Origin: Candidatus Diapherotrites archaeon CG10_big_fil_rev_8_21_14_0_10_31_34
GTDB taxonomy: Archaea; Iainarchaeota; Iainarchaeia; Iainarchaeales; 1-14-0-10-31-34
NCBI GenBank assembly: GCA_002763225.1
Contig: PFAI01000015.1
Span: 886-29,756 of the forward strand
DNA: 28,871 nt
Direction: 5' to 3'
Shown: piece by piece, positions 9,616-19,327 of the stretch
Layout of the letters: each line of letters starts with the position of its first letter
How positions within the stretch are numbered: position 1 is the stretch's first letter
Translations under genes and position numbers: made by a program
The notes under the pieces: generated by a model
Databases searched by the model: none
What the model was told of the DNA's origin: nothing
The model's input: only the letters and a program-made list of their open reading frames with translations

Positions 9616-11220
9616 ATGGCTAAATGGGTTTTTTGGGCAGACGAAATAGCAGACAAAATAATTAACAGAAAAAAATTTGATTTCACAGAAAAAACAATTC
9701 CAAAAGAAAAACAATGGACAGTAAAAAGCTCTAGTTCTTTATCAGGGGTATTACATATCGGAAGATTATCAGACATAATCAGAGGAGAAGCAGAAGCAAG
9801 GGCTTTAAAAGAAAAAGGGTTTCCTGCTGAATTCATTTATGTAACAGAAGACATGGATCCACTAAGAAAAATACCTAAAGGAGTACCAAAAGAATTCGAA
9901 CAATATATTGGTTTTCCTGTATCAGATGTTCCTGATCCGCATGGATGTCATTCAAGTTATGCAGAACATTTTACAGAAGAATTTTTGAAAGTATTCAAAG
10001 ACTTTTTGTTTTTAGAACCAGAAGTTTATTCAATGAGAAAAGAATACAAAAAAGGAAATTTTACAAAAGAAATAATTGAATTAGTAAAAAAAACAGATGA
10101 AGTAAAAAAAATCATTGAAAAAGTTCAGGGAAGTGAAGTAGGAAAAAACTGGAGTGTCTGGAAACCAATCTGCGAAAAATGCGGAAACTTGCAGACAACA
10201 GTTATTACAAAAATTGAAGGAGAAAAAATCCATTACAAATGCCAGGATTATGCATTTGAAAAATTTACTGCAAAAGGGTGCGGGCATGAAGGAATATCAG
10301 ATTTAAATAAAGCAAACGGAAAATTAGTTTGGAAAAGCGAGTGGGCAGCCCAATGGAAAAGATGGAAAGTCTGCTCTGAAGGAGCAGGAAAAGAATATGA
10401 AAGCAGAAACTCTGCTTTCTGGGTTAATGCAGAAATATCTGAAAAAGTCCTGAATTTTCCTCACCCTGAACCAATTTTTTATGAACATATAATAATCGGC
10501 GGAGCAAAAATGAGTGCATCAGTTGGAAACATAGTTTATCCTTTCCAATGGCTTGAAGTAGCAAAACCAGAAACACTAAAATACCTGTATATGAAGAGAT
10601 TAATGAAAACAAGAAGTTTTGACTGGATTGATGTACCTTTGTTGGAATTAGAATTAGACAGAGTATTAACTGCAGAAAAAAACAATGAAGGAGATGAAAT
10701 AGAACAATTAAAGAACTCAAAATACAAAAACTCTGTTAAAGTTAAAGGCAGAGAAATAATTCCATTAAAAGCAGACTATTCTTTGATTGCTTTCTTAAAC
10801 CAGTTCTGCTCAGAAAAACAGGTAATAGAAAAATTAAAGGAAATGGATAAAATAGAAAAAGGAGACAAAAAAGAATTAGAAAGTTTAAAGGAAAGAATTA
10901 ATTTGTCCAAAGCATGGCTGGAAAAATATGCGCCGGAAGAAAACAAAATCGTTTTTTCAGAGGAACTGAAAAAAAAGCCTGAAGGAAAAATAAAAGAAGT
11001 TTTCAGCGAAAGCATTAAAGTAATAGAAAAAGAAAGCAACCCAGAAGAAATACAGCAAAAAATTTATTCAATCGGAAAAGAAAAAGGAGTACAACCAAAA
11101 GAATTATTCAAAGAATTTTATTTGTTTTTAATTGAAAAAGAAAAAGGGCCAAGGCTAGGGCAATTAATTATTGCAATAGGAAAAGACAAAGTCTTGAAAA
11201 AACTAGAACAAGTAAAATAA
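9616..11220 (+). CDS. lysS: Class I lysyl-tRNA synthetase
   Basis: FWAD, SGVLHIGR (HIGH), DPLRKIP, Zn knuckles, KMSAS (KMSKS), GPRLG. Confidence 0.96.
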   Translation: MAKWVFWADEIADKIINRKKFDFTEKTIPKEKQWTVKSSSSLSGVLHIGRLSDIIRGEAEARALKEKGFPAEFIYVTEDMDPLRKIPKGVPKEFEQYIGFPVSDVPDPHGCHSSYAEHFTEEFLKVFKDFLFLEPEVYSMRKEYKKGNFTKEIIELVKKTDEVKKIIEKVQGSEVGKNWSVWKPICEKCGNLQTTVITKIEGEKIHYKCQDYAFEKFTAKGCGHEGISDLNKANGKLVWKSEWAAQWKRWKVCSEGAGKEYESRNSAFWVNAEISEKVLNFPHPEPIFYEHIIIGGAKMSASVGNIVYPFQWLEVAKPETLKYLYMKRLMKTRSFDWIDVPLLELELDRVLTAEKNNEGDEIEQLKNSKYKNSVKVKGREIIPLKADYSLIAFLNQFCSEKQVIEKLKEMDKIEKGDKKELESLKERINLSKAWLEKYAPEENKIVFSEELKKKPEGKIKEVFSESIKVIEKESNPEEIQQKIYSIGKEKGVQPKELFKEFYLFLIEKEKGPRLGQLIIAIGKDKVLKKLEQVK

Positions 11221-11241
11221 AAAAAAGTTATAATAAACTAA

Positions 11242-12771
11242 TTACTCGAATTCAATTGTTGCCGGAGGCTTCTGAGAAATATCATATAAAACTCTTGCAA
11301 CCCCGTTAACTTCATTTAAGATTCTAGAAGAAACTTTTTCTAAAAAAGAATCAGGGAATTTAGTCCAGTCAGCAGTCATTCCATCAACAGAGTTTACAGC
11401 CCTTAAAGCAACAATAAAAGAATAGTCTCTTGCATCCCCTTTAACTCCAACAGCTTTAACAGGAAAAATTGCAGCCAAAGCCTGCCAGGTTTTATCATAA
11501 AAATTGTTTTTCTTTAATTCATCAATAAAAATAAAATCAACTTCTCTTAAAATATCAAGTTTTTCTTTTGTTACTTCCCCTAAAACTCTTACGCCTAAAC
11601 CAGGGCCAGGAAAAGGGTGCCTGTCTAAAGCAGTTTTTGGAATTTTCAACAGAGTTCCTATTTCTCTTACTTCATCTTTATAAAATTCTCGTAAAGGTTC
11701 AATCAAAGACAAATTCATTTTATCAGGAAGAGAAAGATTATGATGAGACTTGATTTTTGAAGCAGTCTTTGATGGCTCGGCTGATTCAATTCTATCAGGA
11801 TAAATTGTTCCCTGCCCTAAAAAAGAAATTTTACCGTGTTTTTGTTCTAACTCAACTGCTTTGTCTTCAAAAACTTTAATAAAAGTAAAACCAATTGCTT
11901 TTCTTTTTTCTTCTGGGCCAGTTAAACCAGTTAAAACAGACAAAAATTCCTTTGAAGCATCGACAGAAAAAAAATGCTTGAAATTCATTTTTTTATATAA
12001 AGATTCAATATATTGTTTTTCGTTTTTTCTCATTAAACCGTTATCAATGAAAACACAAAACAACTGATTTGGAAGAATTTTATTAATTAAAACTGAGGCA
12101 ACCAAAGAGTCTACCCCTCCTGAAACCCCCATAAGGATTTTTTCTTCTCCAGCTTTTTCCTTAATTTCTTTTTGAATTTGCATTAAAACAGAACTGATTT
12201 TCCAGTCTTTTTTTGCAGTACAGATTTTCAAAAAATTTGAAAGAATTATTTTTCCTTTTGGAGTGTGATGAACTTCAGGATGAAACTGTAAACCAAAAAT
12301 CTTTTTGTTTTTGGAATACATTGAAGAAACTAAACAAGTTTTGGTTGAAGAAGAAACAATAAAATCTTTTGGAACAGATTTAACTGTATCAAAATGAGAA
12401 AGCCAGACTTGTTCTTTCTTTAATCCTTTAAGCAAAGGATCATTTCCTTTAACTGAAATAATGTTTTTGCCATATTCTCTTGAAGGGCCTGGTTTTATTA
12501 CTCCATTAAAGGTTTTTGCAATTAACTGCAAACCATAACAAATTCCTAAAACAGGAATTCCTAAATCAAAAATTTTACTGTCAAGCAAAGGAGCATTTAT
12601 TTCATTAACGCTTGCAGGGCCCCCTGATAAAATTATTCCGTCAGGATTTAATTTCTTTAATTCTTCTGCTGAAACAGTAAAAGGAAAAATTTCTGCTTTA
12701 GTTCCTAACTCTCTTATTTTTCTTGCAATTAAATGACAATACTGGCCTCCAAAGTTAATTACTGTAATCAT
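11242..12771 (-). CDS. guaA: GMP synthase (fused GATase and ATP-PPase)
   Basis: GICYG, QFHPEV, SGGVDS, IKSHHN, HPFPGPGL, KPPATIEFE. Confidence 0.97.
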   Translation of the reverse strand: MITVINFGGQYCHLIARKIRELGTKAEIFPFTVSAEELKKLNPDGIILSGGPASVNEINAPLLDSKIFDLGIPVLGICYGLQLIAKTFNGVIKPGPSREYGKNIISVKGNDPLLKGLKKEQVWLSHFDTVKSVPKDFIVSSSTKTCLVSSMYSKNKKIFGLQFHPEVHHTPKGKIILSNFLKICTAKKDWKISSVLMQIQKEIKEKAGEEKILMGVSGGVDSLVASVLINKILPNQLFCVFIDNGLMRKNEKQYIESLYKKMNFKHFFSVDASKEFLSVLTGLTGPEEKRKAIGFTFIKVFEDKAVELEQKHGKISFLGQGTIYPDRIESAEPSKTASKIKSHHNLSLPDKMNLSLIEPLREFYKDEVREIGTLLKIPKTALDRHPFPGPGLGVRVLGEVTKEKLDILREVDFIFIDELKKNNFYDKTWQALAAIFPVKAVGVKGDARDYSFIVALRAVNSVDGMTADWTKFPDSFLEKVSSRILNEVNGVARVLYDISQKPPATIEFE

Positions 12772-12912
12772 TTAACTGCCTCCGGAAAAATGAATAAAAA
12801 AAGAATAAAAATAGAATAAAATAAAATTAATTTTTTGTTCAACATAAATAATAATGGAAAAAAGGTATTATAATTATTTTCATGAATTAAGGAAAAAAAA
12901 GAAAGTTAAGTA

Positions 12913-13293
12913 TTACTTTGATTTAAGAATTCGAATAGCCAAGTAAGCCGCATTCTCTGCATTATCTATTCCGACACAGGCAACAGGAACACCTTTAGGC
13001 ATCTGGGAGATAGCTAATAATGCATCTAGACCCCCTAGTTTAGCAGAAACAGGCACTCCAATAACAGGTTTCTTATTATGAGAAGCAATTACCCCTGGCA
13101 AAGCAGCGTTAAGGCCTGCTATTGCAATAAAAACATCAAAATCTTTTTCTGCTATCTCTTTGATTTTTTCAGGGTCTCGATGAGCAGAAGCAACAAAAGT
13201 AGTAAAAGAAATTTTATTTTCCTTTAAAACTTTTTCAGCTTTTTCTGCAATCTTTTTATCTGACTTTGAACCCATTACAATTGCAACTTTCAT
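12913..13293 (-). CDS. purE: AIR carboxylase / N5-CAIR mutase PurE
   Basis: [27 protein letters not shown]. Confidence 0.95.
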   Translation of the reverse strand: MKVAIVMGSKSDKKIAEKAEKVLKENKISFTTFVASAHRDPEKIKEIAEKDFDVFIAIAGLNAALPGVIASHNKKPVIGVPVSAKLGGLDALLAISQMPKGVPVACVGIDNAENAAYLAIRILKSK

Positions 13294-13342
13294 AAATATA
13301 TCAACTAAATTAATGTTTTTAATTTTATTTAATTCTTTTCTT

Positions 13343-14308
13343 TTACCAATTGTGTTGCTTTTTCAATTCTTTATATTCTTCAACAACTTTTTTTAATGGT
13401 CTGGCAGAAGCAAAATTTTCTTGAATCCATTCTTGTGCAGCAGAAAGATAAAACTCTGAAATTAATTCAAGTAATTTTACAGGCAGTTCAGACGGAGCAG
13501 GCCAGTCTTCTTTTGTTTTTCCTGCACTCATTGCATCAGTTAATTCCTTTTTCCACGGAGTAGTATTATAATAATCTCTTGCAACCTGCTTGCTTACATG
13601 GATTCCGTTAAACAAAAACCTGTTTTCATCTAATGTCCCAAAAACATCAACCAACAAAAGCTTTCTTTCAGGAGAAAAAGCTGTTTCAATTTTACCATCA
13701 GCATGAACCAAATTCAAAGAAGAAGCTTTTTCATTTAAAAAAGAATTAACTTTTAAAGCAAAAGATTTTACTTGAATTAATTCACTTTGGGTTAATGCGC
13801 TTAATTCTTTTGCTTCTTTTTCAGCCAATAATCTGTCAGTTGGCTCAAGTTTAGTGAAAAACTCTATTATAGGTTTATCAAAAAAAGTGTTTGGTTTTGG
13901 GATTTCTGTAAAACCATATTGTTCAGGGGTTGCTTCACCTTTTCTAAAACGAGATAATAATGAAGAACCTTCAGGAAGCATGTTACGAAAAACAACTTCT
14001 AAAGGAATTAAATAATTTAAATCGTTTTCAGTCAACTTTCTTTTTTGAGGGTAGATTACCTGAACTAATTTTACTTTCATTTTATTTGGTTTAATAAATT
14101 CAATGAAATGAGAAGAAACATTTAGCTCAGAAATTTTTTCAAAATTATGTGAAGCCATTCTGCATAAAGCTTCTCCTTTGCCTGAAATTTTTTCAGGCAT
14201 TTTGCCGTAATCAAAAACACTGAAATCATCAGTAAAAGAAAAAATGCCTGTTCCGAAAGAATTTTCTGAAGCTTTTTTTATTACTTCCAAATCTTTAACT
14301 GAACCCAT
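13343..14308 (-). CDS. purC: SAICAR synthase (long archaeal-type)
   Basis: [42 protein letters not shown]. Confidence 0.93.
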   Translation of the reverse strand: MGSVKDLEVIKKASENSFGTGIFSFTDDFSVFDYGKMPEKISGKGEALCRMASHNFEKISELNVSSHFIEFIKPNKMKVKLVQVIYPQKRKLTENDLNYLIPLEVVFRNMLPEGSSLLSRFRKGEATPEQYGFTEIPKPNTFFDKPIIEFFTKLEPTDRLLAEKEAKELSALTQSELIQVKSFALKVNSFLNEKASSLNLVHADGKIETAFSPERKLLLVDVFGTLDENRFLFNGIHVSKQVARDYYNTTPWKKELTDAMSAGKTKEDWPAPSELPVKLLELISEFYLSAAQEWIQENFASARPLKKVVEEYKELKKQHNW

Positions 14309-14317
14309 AAAAAAAAC

Positions 14318-15739
14318 CTAATGCTGTTTTCTTTCACTAATCCTTGTTTCCTCAAATTCTTTTTCTGTTTCTTTTGGAATTTTAACAGGATAATTTCCGG
14401 TTAAACAAGCCATACACAAATCAGTTTTACCCAAAGCTTTTTTTAAAGAACCAAGTGAATTATAAATCAATAAATCTGCTCCAATATACTCCTGAATTTC
14501 TTTAATTGATTTTTTTGAAGCAATCAATTCTTTTTTAGAAGGCATATCAACTCCATAAAAACAAGGAGAAATAATTGGAGGGCAAGTAGAAGCAAAATAA
14601 ACTTTTTTTGCTCCGTTATCTTTCACCAGTTTAATTATTTTCTTTGAAGTAGTTCCTCTGACAATGCTGTCATCAACCAATAAAATATTTTTTCCTTTTA
14701 ATTCACTTTCAACTGGATTTAATTTCAGTCTAACTCCATTTTCTCTTTTAGCCTGGGAAGCCATAATAAAAGTTCTTCCAATATAACGATTTTTAATTAA
14801 GCCTTCCCTGTAAGGCACATTAATTGATTCAGCTAAACTTGATGCAGCAGTTCTGCTTGTATCAGGCACAGGAATAACCACATCAACTTTTAATCCTGTT
14901 TTCTTCCATTCTTCTGCTAACTGTTTTCCTAATCTTATTCTTGCAGTATAAACTTCTAAATCGTCTATAATCGATTCTGCTCCTGCAAAATAAACCCATT
15001 CAAACATGCAATGGGCTGGCTTTTCATGAGCTAAACTTTTTGAAGTAATGTTTAAATCTGAATCAACAAAAACTGCTTCGCCTGCTTTAATTGAACAAAC
15101 TAATTTATGGCCAGTTGTGGTAAGAGAAAGGCTTTCAGAAGCAAAACCAATTGATTTAATTCCATCAATGTTTTTTTCAGCCATAATTAATGGACGGATT
15201 CCATTTGGGTCACGGAAAACAAGCAATCCTTTTCCTTCAATTACTGCAATAACAGAATAAGCTCCTTTGACTTTTTCAAAAACTTTTTTTACTGCATTAA
15301 ATAATGCTTCAACTGAAAAATCTTCTGGAAGAGCCTGAGCAAAAACATGTAAAATTGCTTCAACATCACAGGCAGAAAGAAGACATTTTTTATTTAAATT
15401 TAATTCTTTTTTTAAATCCAAATAATTTGCAACATTCCCATTATGCACCATTCCAAGTTCATAAGGTTTTGAAACCATAAAAGGCTGGGCGTCAGTTAAA
15501 AAATCAGAACCAATAGTTGGATAGCGGGTATGCCCAATAGCAACATCGGCTGAAAGTTTTTCTAATTCTTTTTCTCCAAAAATGACCCCAACCAATCCTT
15601 CATTTTTGATTAACTTCATTTTGTCTTTAAAAGAAAGAATTCCAGCTGAGTCCTGGCCTCTGTGCTGCAAACAAAGCATTCCGACAAATAAGTCGGATAA
15701 AACGTCTTTTTTAGAGATGATTCCAATAATTCCACACAT
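14318..15739 (-). CDS. purF: Amidophosphoribosyltransferase
   Basis: Start reassigned to ATG 15739 (MCGIIG, N-terminal nucleophile Cys). QHRGQD, GHTRY, HNGN, VDDSIVRGTT, and Fe-S Cys residues. Confidence 0.96.
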   Translation of the reverse strand: MCGIIGIISKKDVLSDLFVGMLCLQHRGQDSAGILSFKDKMKLIKNEGLVGVIFGEKELEKLSADVAIGHTRYPTIGSDFLTDAQPFMVSKPYELGMVHNGNVANYLDLKKELNLNKKCLLSACDVEAILHVFAQALPEDFSVEALFNAVKKVFEKVKGAYSVIAVIEGKGLLVFRDPNGIRPLIMAEKNIDGIKSIGFASESLSLTTTGHKLVCSIKAGEAVFVDSDLNITSKSLAHEKPAHCMFEWVYFAGAESIIDDLEVYTARIRLGKQLAEEWKKTGLKVDVVIPVPDTSRTAASSLAESINVPYREGLIKNRYIGRTFIMASQAKRENGVRLKLNPVESELKGKNILLVDDSIVRGTTSKKIIKLVKDNGAKKVYFASTCPPIISPCFYGVDMPSKKELIASKKSIKEIQEYIGADLLIYNSLGSLKKALGKTDLCMACLTGNYPVKIPKETEKEFEETRISERKQH

Positions 15740-15856
15740 TACAAAAACCGAGGCCAATCAGTAATATAATTAAAGGAGTTAAAGAATTTAAAGTAGACTG
15801 GGAGAAATACAAAAAATAAAGAAAAAGATTATATTTAACAAAAAAGACATTTATCT

Positions 15857-16501
15857 ATGGTAAAAATTGTTTTAGTCTGGAACAAGCATCCCTCTGAAAG
15901 CCCAGTAACTTTGCATCTGGCAAAATTACTAAAATTAAATTTAGAAAAAAGAGGCCATAAAATAAAAATAGATCAAATGTCATCTAACAAAAACGAGGGG
16001 GAGAGCACATATCATTTAAGCCATATGTCTTATTTTTTAGAAAAATATCCTGATTCTTTTATAGTTGACTTGCATTCCGGGGCATATCTTTCCAGCAGGG
16101 CATATCTTTCCAGCAGAAAAGTAAAGCCGGGAAAAGAATTCAGAATTTCTTATTCTTATAGCAACCCAGTTGAAATTGAAAAAAGTTGGCCCATAATCTT
16201 CAGAGAAAATGAAAGATTTTATCAACTAGAATTTCCTTCAATTGAAGATTTTTCTAAAAATTGGGTTCTTGAAACTAATTTAAAAAAAACAAAAGCTGCA
16301 AACTACTTTTCCGAAATTGTAGTTAGAAGAGTCGCACACGCAATTAATAAGATAGTTGAATCCCCAAAAAAATTTAACGAATTTGTTAACGCACAAAAAG
16401 AAATGAAAAAACAAAAAAAAGGGAACAGAGAAAAAAATAAAAAGAAGAAGAAAACTCTAGTCGCTCGCTGGAAGAGATTAAAAAGGCATTTCAAGGGCTA
16501 A
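15857..16501 (+). CDS. Hypothetical protein, possible divergent M14/AstE-AspA-like Zn hydrolase with basic C-tail
   Basis: HPSE (HxxE) after the first beta strand, IVDLHS, and later LEFP; Lys/Arg-rich tail. Confidence 0.5.
   Translation: MVKIVLVWNKHPSESPVTLHLAKLLKLNLEKRGHKIKIDQMSSNKNEGESTYHLSHMSYFLEKYPDSFIVDLHSGAYLSSRAYLSSRKVKPGKEFRISYSYSNPVEIEKSWPIIFRENERFYQLEFPSIEDFSKNWVLETNLKKTKAANYFSEIVVRRVAHAINKIVESPKKFNEFVNAQKEMKKQKKGNREKNKKKKKTLVARWKRLKRHFKG
16080..16116 (+). repeat. 18-bp perfect in-frame tandem duplication
   Basis: GGGCATATCTTTCCAGCA x2, encoding AYLSSR twice. Confidence 0.95.
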
Positions 16502-16540
16502 AAACAAAAGCAATAAAAACAATTCAAATCATAGATATAT

Positions 16541-17878
16541 ATGTTGAAAGCTGTTTCTCCAACAGATGGAAGATATGAAGATTTGACTAAAGAATTACAG
16601 GAAATCTTCTCTGAATATGGAATGCAAAAATACCGAACAGAAGTAGAAATAAAATATTTGCTGTTTTTATCAAAAAAAAGAATAATAAGAAAATTCAATT
16701 CAAAAGAAAAAGAGTTTTTAGAAAAAATTTATTTAAAGTTTAATGAAAAAGATTCACATGAAATCAGCAGAATAGAAAAAACAACTAACCACGATGTAAA
16801 AGCAATAGAATATTTTATCAGAAAAAAAATTGAAAAAAATTCATTGAAAGATGTTGAAAGCTTTGTTCATTTTGGATTGACCTCAGAAGACATAAATAAT
16901 TTAACTAATTCAATTCAAATCAAAAAAGGGTTAGGTTTATACATAACTCAGATTTTGTTGCTGATTAAAAAATTGAGTTCAATTGCAGAAAAAGAAAAAA
17001 ACACTGCAATGTTAGGGCATACACATGGACAGCCTGCTTCCCCAACAACTTTTGGAAAAGAAGTAGCCATATTTGCTTCAAGGATTTCTGAAAGTTCGGA
17101 GATTTTGAAAGGATTAAAGCTTCCGGGAAAATTAAATTCTGCTACAGGAAACTTTAATTCTTTTTATGCTGCTTTCCCGGAAAAAAACTGGTTAAAGTTA
17201 AGCAAAGAGTTTGTTGAAAGCTTTGGGTTTGAACACAAAAAGTTAACTACCCAAATTATTCCTCATGAAAATATTTCCAGAATTTTAAATGAAATAAATT
17301 TACTGAATAATATTGTTGTTGATTTGGATTTAGATTTATGGGCATATATAAGTAAAGAATATGTTTCCCAGAAAAAAATCGGGAAAGAAACCGGAAGTTC
17401 AGTTATGCCACATAAAATTAACCCAATCCAGTTTGAAAACAGCGAAGGAAATTTATTATTAGCAAATAATTTACTTGTTTTTTTAAGTTCAAGACTGCAG
17501 AAAAGCAGGCTGCAAAGAGATTTATCAGATTCAACAATTAAAAGAAATTATGGGAATGCGTTTGGTTATTCTTTAATTGGAATAAAAATGTGTGTAAAAG
17601 GATTAGAAAGAATCCAACCAAACAGACAAAAAATGCTTGAAGAATTAAAAAACCATCCGGAAGTTTTAAGCGAAGCAGTTCAGACTATGATGAGAAAAGA
17701 AGGAAACAAAAAAGCTTACGAAGAAATGAAAAAATTCAGTAGAGGAAAAAAACTGAGTTTAGAAGAGTTAAAAAATTTTATTGAAAAAAGTTCTTTAAGC
17801 GAAAAAAGCAAAAAAATGCTTCTTAAATTAAAACCTGAAACTTATTTGGGAAAAGCAGTTGAATTAACAGATTTTTGA
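16541..17878 (+). CDS. purB: Adenylosuccinate lyase (E. coli PurB-like)
   Basis: AVSPTDGRY, TNHDVKAIEY, HFGLTSEDIN, THGQPA, GSSVMPHKINPIQFENSEGN. Confidence 0.96.
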   Translation: MLKAVSPTDGRYEDLTKELQEIFSEYGMQKYRTEVEIKYLLFLSKKRIIRKFNSKEKEFLEKIYLKFNEKDSHEISRIEKTTNHDVKAIEYFIRKKIEKNSLKDVESFVHFGLTSEDINNLTNSIQIKKGLGLYITQILLLIKKLSSIAEKEKNTAMLGHTHGQPASPTTFGKEVAIFASRISESSEILKGLKLPGKLNSATGNFNSFYAAFPEKNWLKLSKEFVESFGFEHKKLTTQIIPHENISRILNEINLLNNIVVDLDLDLWAYISKEYVSQKKIGKETGSSVMPHKINPIQFENSEGNLLLANNLLVFLSSRLQKSRLQRDLSDSTIKRNYGNAFGYSLIGIKMCVKGLERIQPNRQKMLEELKNHPEVLSEAVQTMMRKEGNKKAYEEMKKFSRGKKLSLEELKNFIEKSSLSEKSKKMLLKLKPETYLGKAVELTDF

Positions 17879-19165
17879 GTCTTTTGAACAGGTATCATCT
17901 CTTTCTGCCCCAAAAGACACTGTTTTAATCGGAACATTTAATTCTTTTTCAATAAACTCTAAATATTTTTTTGCATGTTCATCTAAAGCAGAATAACCTT
18001 TTTCTTTTAGCTCTTTTTGCTGTTCTTTATTTATTGAAAAACCTTTAAATTCTGAGTAATGAGGAACTGCTTTTGCAACTAAATGATTTGCATAAGGAAA
18101 ATCAAAAAACTTTTTTCCTTCAATTAAATAATAATCTGCAATAAGAAGTTTTTTTATCCCGCTTAAAACATCTAATTTAGTTATTGCAATTTCAGTAAAA
18201 CCATTTAACCTATTTGACATGCGGAGCATTGGTAAATCCAGCCAGCCAACTCTTCTTGCTCTTCCGGTTGTAGTCCCAAACTCATTTCCTGCGTTTCTTA
18301 AAAAATCTGCTTCTTCCCCTGAAATTTCTGTCGGAAAAGGGCCTGAACCAACTCTAGTAGTATAAGCTTTAACTATTCCAATAATTCTTTCAGAAATTTT
18401 TTGAGGGGAAATCCCTATTCCTGTTGTTGCCGCACCAGAAGTCGGATGAGAAGAAGTAACAAAAGGATAGGTTCCAAAATCATTGTCTAACAAAGTTCCT
18501 TGAGCACCTTCAAACAAAACTTTTTTTCCTTTATCCAAACATTCATTGACTTCAAGTGAAACATCAGTTAACATTTCCTTGAATTCTTTTCCTAAAGCAG
18601 AATATTGTTTGAAAACTTCTTCTTGGGTGAAATCAAAATGTTTGTTTAAAATTTTTTCACACACATTTTTATAATAAGGATAATTAAAATCAAGTTTTTC
18701 TTTTAACCTTTTTTCATCAACTAAATCATCAAACCTAATTCCAATTCTTGATGCCCTGTCAGCATAGCATGGACCGACTCCTCTTCTGGTTGTTCCAATA
18801 TTTTTTTCTTTTAAAGCTTCTTCTTTCCCAATATCAATCACATTATGCCAGGGCATAATTATCTGGCATCTTGGGTCAATGCCCAAATTTACTTTAATTC
18901 CTTTTTCTTTTAATCCATCTATTTCCTGTTTTAAAACTCTTGGATCCAATGAAACCCCTGTTCCAATCAAAGAACGTTTTTTTCTTACAACCCCTGAAGG
19001 AAGCAAATGCAGTTTGAATACTTTATCTTTTACTACCACAGTATGCCCTGCGTTATTTCCCCCTTGGTATCTTACAACATAATCAGATTGTTCAGCTAAA
19101 CAATCAACTAATTTGCCTTTTCCTTCATCCCCAAACTGGGAGCCAATAACCATAGTTGAACTCAT
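17864..19165 (-). CDS. purA: Adenylosuccinate synthetase
   Basis: Start reassigned to ATG 19165 because the listed extension runs through a tRNA. QFGDEGKGK, GGNNAGHT, EGAQG, GTTTGRARR, TKLDVL. Confidence 0.97.
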   Translation of the reverse strand: MSSTMVIGSQFGDEGKGKLVDCLAEQSDYVVRYQGGNNAGHTVVVKDKVFKLHLLPSGVVRKKRSLIGTGVSLDPRVLKQEIDGLKEKGIKVNLGIDPRCQIIMPWHNVIDIGKEEALKEKNIGTTRRGVGPCYADRASRIGIRFDDLVDEKRLKEKLDFNYPYYKNVCEKILNKHFDFTQEEVFKQYSALGKEFKEMLTDVSLEVNECLDKGKKVLFEGAQGTLLDNDFGTYPFVTSSHPTSGAATTGIGISPQKISERIIGIVKAYTTRVGSGPFPTEISGEEADFLRNAGNEFGTTTGRARRVGWLDLPMLRMSNRLNGFTEIAITKLDVLSGIKKLLIADYYLIEGKKFFDFPYANHLVAKAVPHYSEFKGFSINKEQQKELKEKGYSALDEHAKKYLEFIEKELNVPIKTVSFGAERDDTCSKDSKIC

Positions 19166-19203
19166 AACCTTCAAAATAAGGTGAGAAGAATTTAAAAAAA
19201 GAA

Positions 19204-19321
19204 TGAGGCTGGCGGGGTTTGAACCCGCGACACCACGGTCTTCAGCCGTGTGCTCTCCAAAGCCTATCATGAGCTAATAAAAAAAATATTCCTCTGTGAT
19301 ATCAGACTGAGCTACAGCCTC
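19204..19321 (-). tRNA. tRNA-Phe(GAA) with a 44-nt D-loop intron (19259-19302)
   Basis: Acceptor stem GAGGCTG/CAGCCTC-A, anticodon arm CACGG-CTGAAGA-CCGTG, T arm GCGGG-TTCAAAC-CCCGC. The D arm is interrupted by an insert forming a bulge-helix-bulge. Confidence 0.93.
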
Positions 19322-19327
19322 AAGATA

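Noticed and set aside
19166..19270. N-terminal extension of PurA in the ORF track
   Set aside because: It overlaps the tRNA-Phe 3' exon; the conserved PurA start is at 19165.
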